Shown in pieces: positions 63,745 through 64,000 of a stretch of DNA of 64,000 bases. A model generated the notes under the pieces. The model had not been told where the DNA came from. It was given only the letters and a program-made list of their open reading frames with translations, and made no database searches. Origin of the DNA: Phototrophicaceae bacterium (GTDB lineage Bacteria; Chloroflexota; Anaerolineae; Aggregatilineales; Phototrophicaceae); contig CBDCXX010000002.1 of NCBI GenBank assembly GCA_965223965.1, positions 56,132-120,131 of the forward strand. Reading direction: 5' to 3'. A program made the position numbers and the translations under genes. The number at the start of each line of letters is the position of its first letter. Position 1 is the first letter of the stretch.

Positions 63745-63762
63745 CCACTACCTTAACTCGTC

Positions 63763-63782
63763 ATTCCTGCGAAGGCAGGAAT
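63763..63782. repeat. REP-type palindrome, variant with a compensatory base-pair change
   Basis: attcctgc-gaag-gcaggaat versus the canonical attcccgc-gcag-gcgggaat. The C-G pair is replaced by T-A on both arms. Confidence 0.8.
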
Positions 63783-63875
63783 CCAGAGGGGAAGGGTTGG
63801 GCGCATCTGTCCATCCATGTCGGTTAAGACCCCTTTCGTGGCAAGCCTGTCGAACCACACTCTTTCCCGAGTTTG

Positions 63876-64000
63876 TGTCAAACCACTCTCTTTCCTACTG
63901 TCAAACCACTCTCTTTCCTACTGTCATTCCGATCTCTTTCCCACTGTCATTCCGATCTCTTTCCCACTGTCAAACCACTCTCTTTCCTACTGTCATTCCG
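63876..64000. repeat. 23-nt minisatellite running off the window end
   Basis: Units tgtcaaaccactctctttcctac and tgtcattccgatctctttcccac alternate in the order A A B B A, followed by a sixth unit cut after 10 nt at the window end. Period is exactly 23 nt starting at 63876. Confidence 0.85.

Noticed and set aside
1-64000. rRNA and tRNA genes, and transposase, integrase or reverse transcriptase genes.
   Set aside because: None was recognised in any frame or in the intergenic regions I read. This is a by-eye negative, and tRNAscan or Infernal should confirm it.

Overview
This 64-kb window reads as two compositionally different bacterial segments joined at about 23.11 kb.

Segment A (1-23116) is visibly very GC-rich, with GCG/CTG/GGC-type codons. 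It carries:
- a mostly minus-strand catabolic cluster: two M24 hydrolases, three NicX/M29-like paralogues, an opine-type dehydrogenase, an ATC-hydrolase-family protein, a class V aminotransferase, an enolase-superfamily enzyme, an LLM oxidoreductase and a MATE exporter;
- three adjacent secreted modular proteins (DUF1524-type nuclease, SH3b, Excalibur or GH-A domains);
- a PucR regulator, a DUF177 protein and a GT4 glycosyltransferase;
- a translationally coupled four-gene membrane operon ending in an FN3 protein.

That last ORF runs in frame, mid-domain, into the C-terminal third of proC. Segment B starts there. It has lower GC and is full of REP hairpins, MITE-like elements and minisatellites. 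Segment B carries:
- proC fragment-yggT-DUF167 and an SDR pair in which one copy is catalytically degenerate;
- an ABC-type ATPase plus PIN-like two-gene cassette, birA and a class II fic gene behind an 11-nt phased repeat;
- a Pho-type two-component system, a frameshifted vapBC, and pstCAB-phoU without pstS;
- a roughly 10-kb accessory island: two inverted paralogous RelE/ParE-type TA pairs bracketing rtcB, an orphan phage tail tube/Dit-like pair behind a promoter-terminator leader, a Uma2 endonuclease, an NHL protein and a PLD-nuclease cassette;
- DUF1501/DUF1800 genes, a peptide-type ABC importer without ATPase genes, a SelA-like PLP enzyme and a frameshifted comEC.

I recognised no rRNA, tRNA or CRISPR array. 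All family assignments come from motif recognition by eye, not from database searches.
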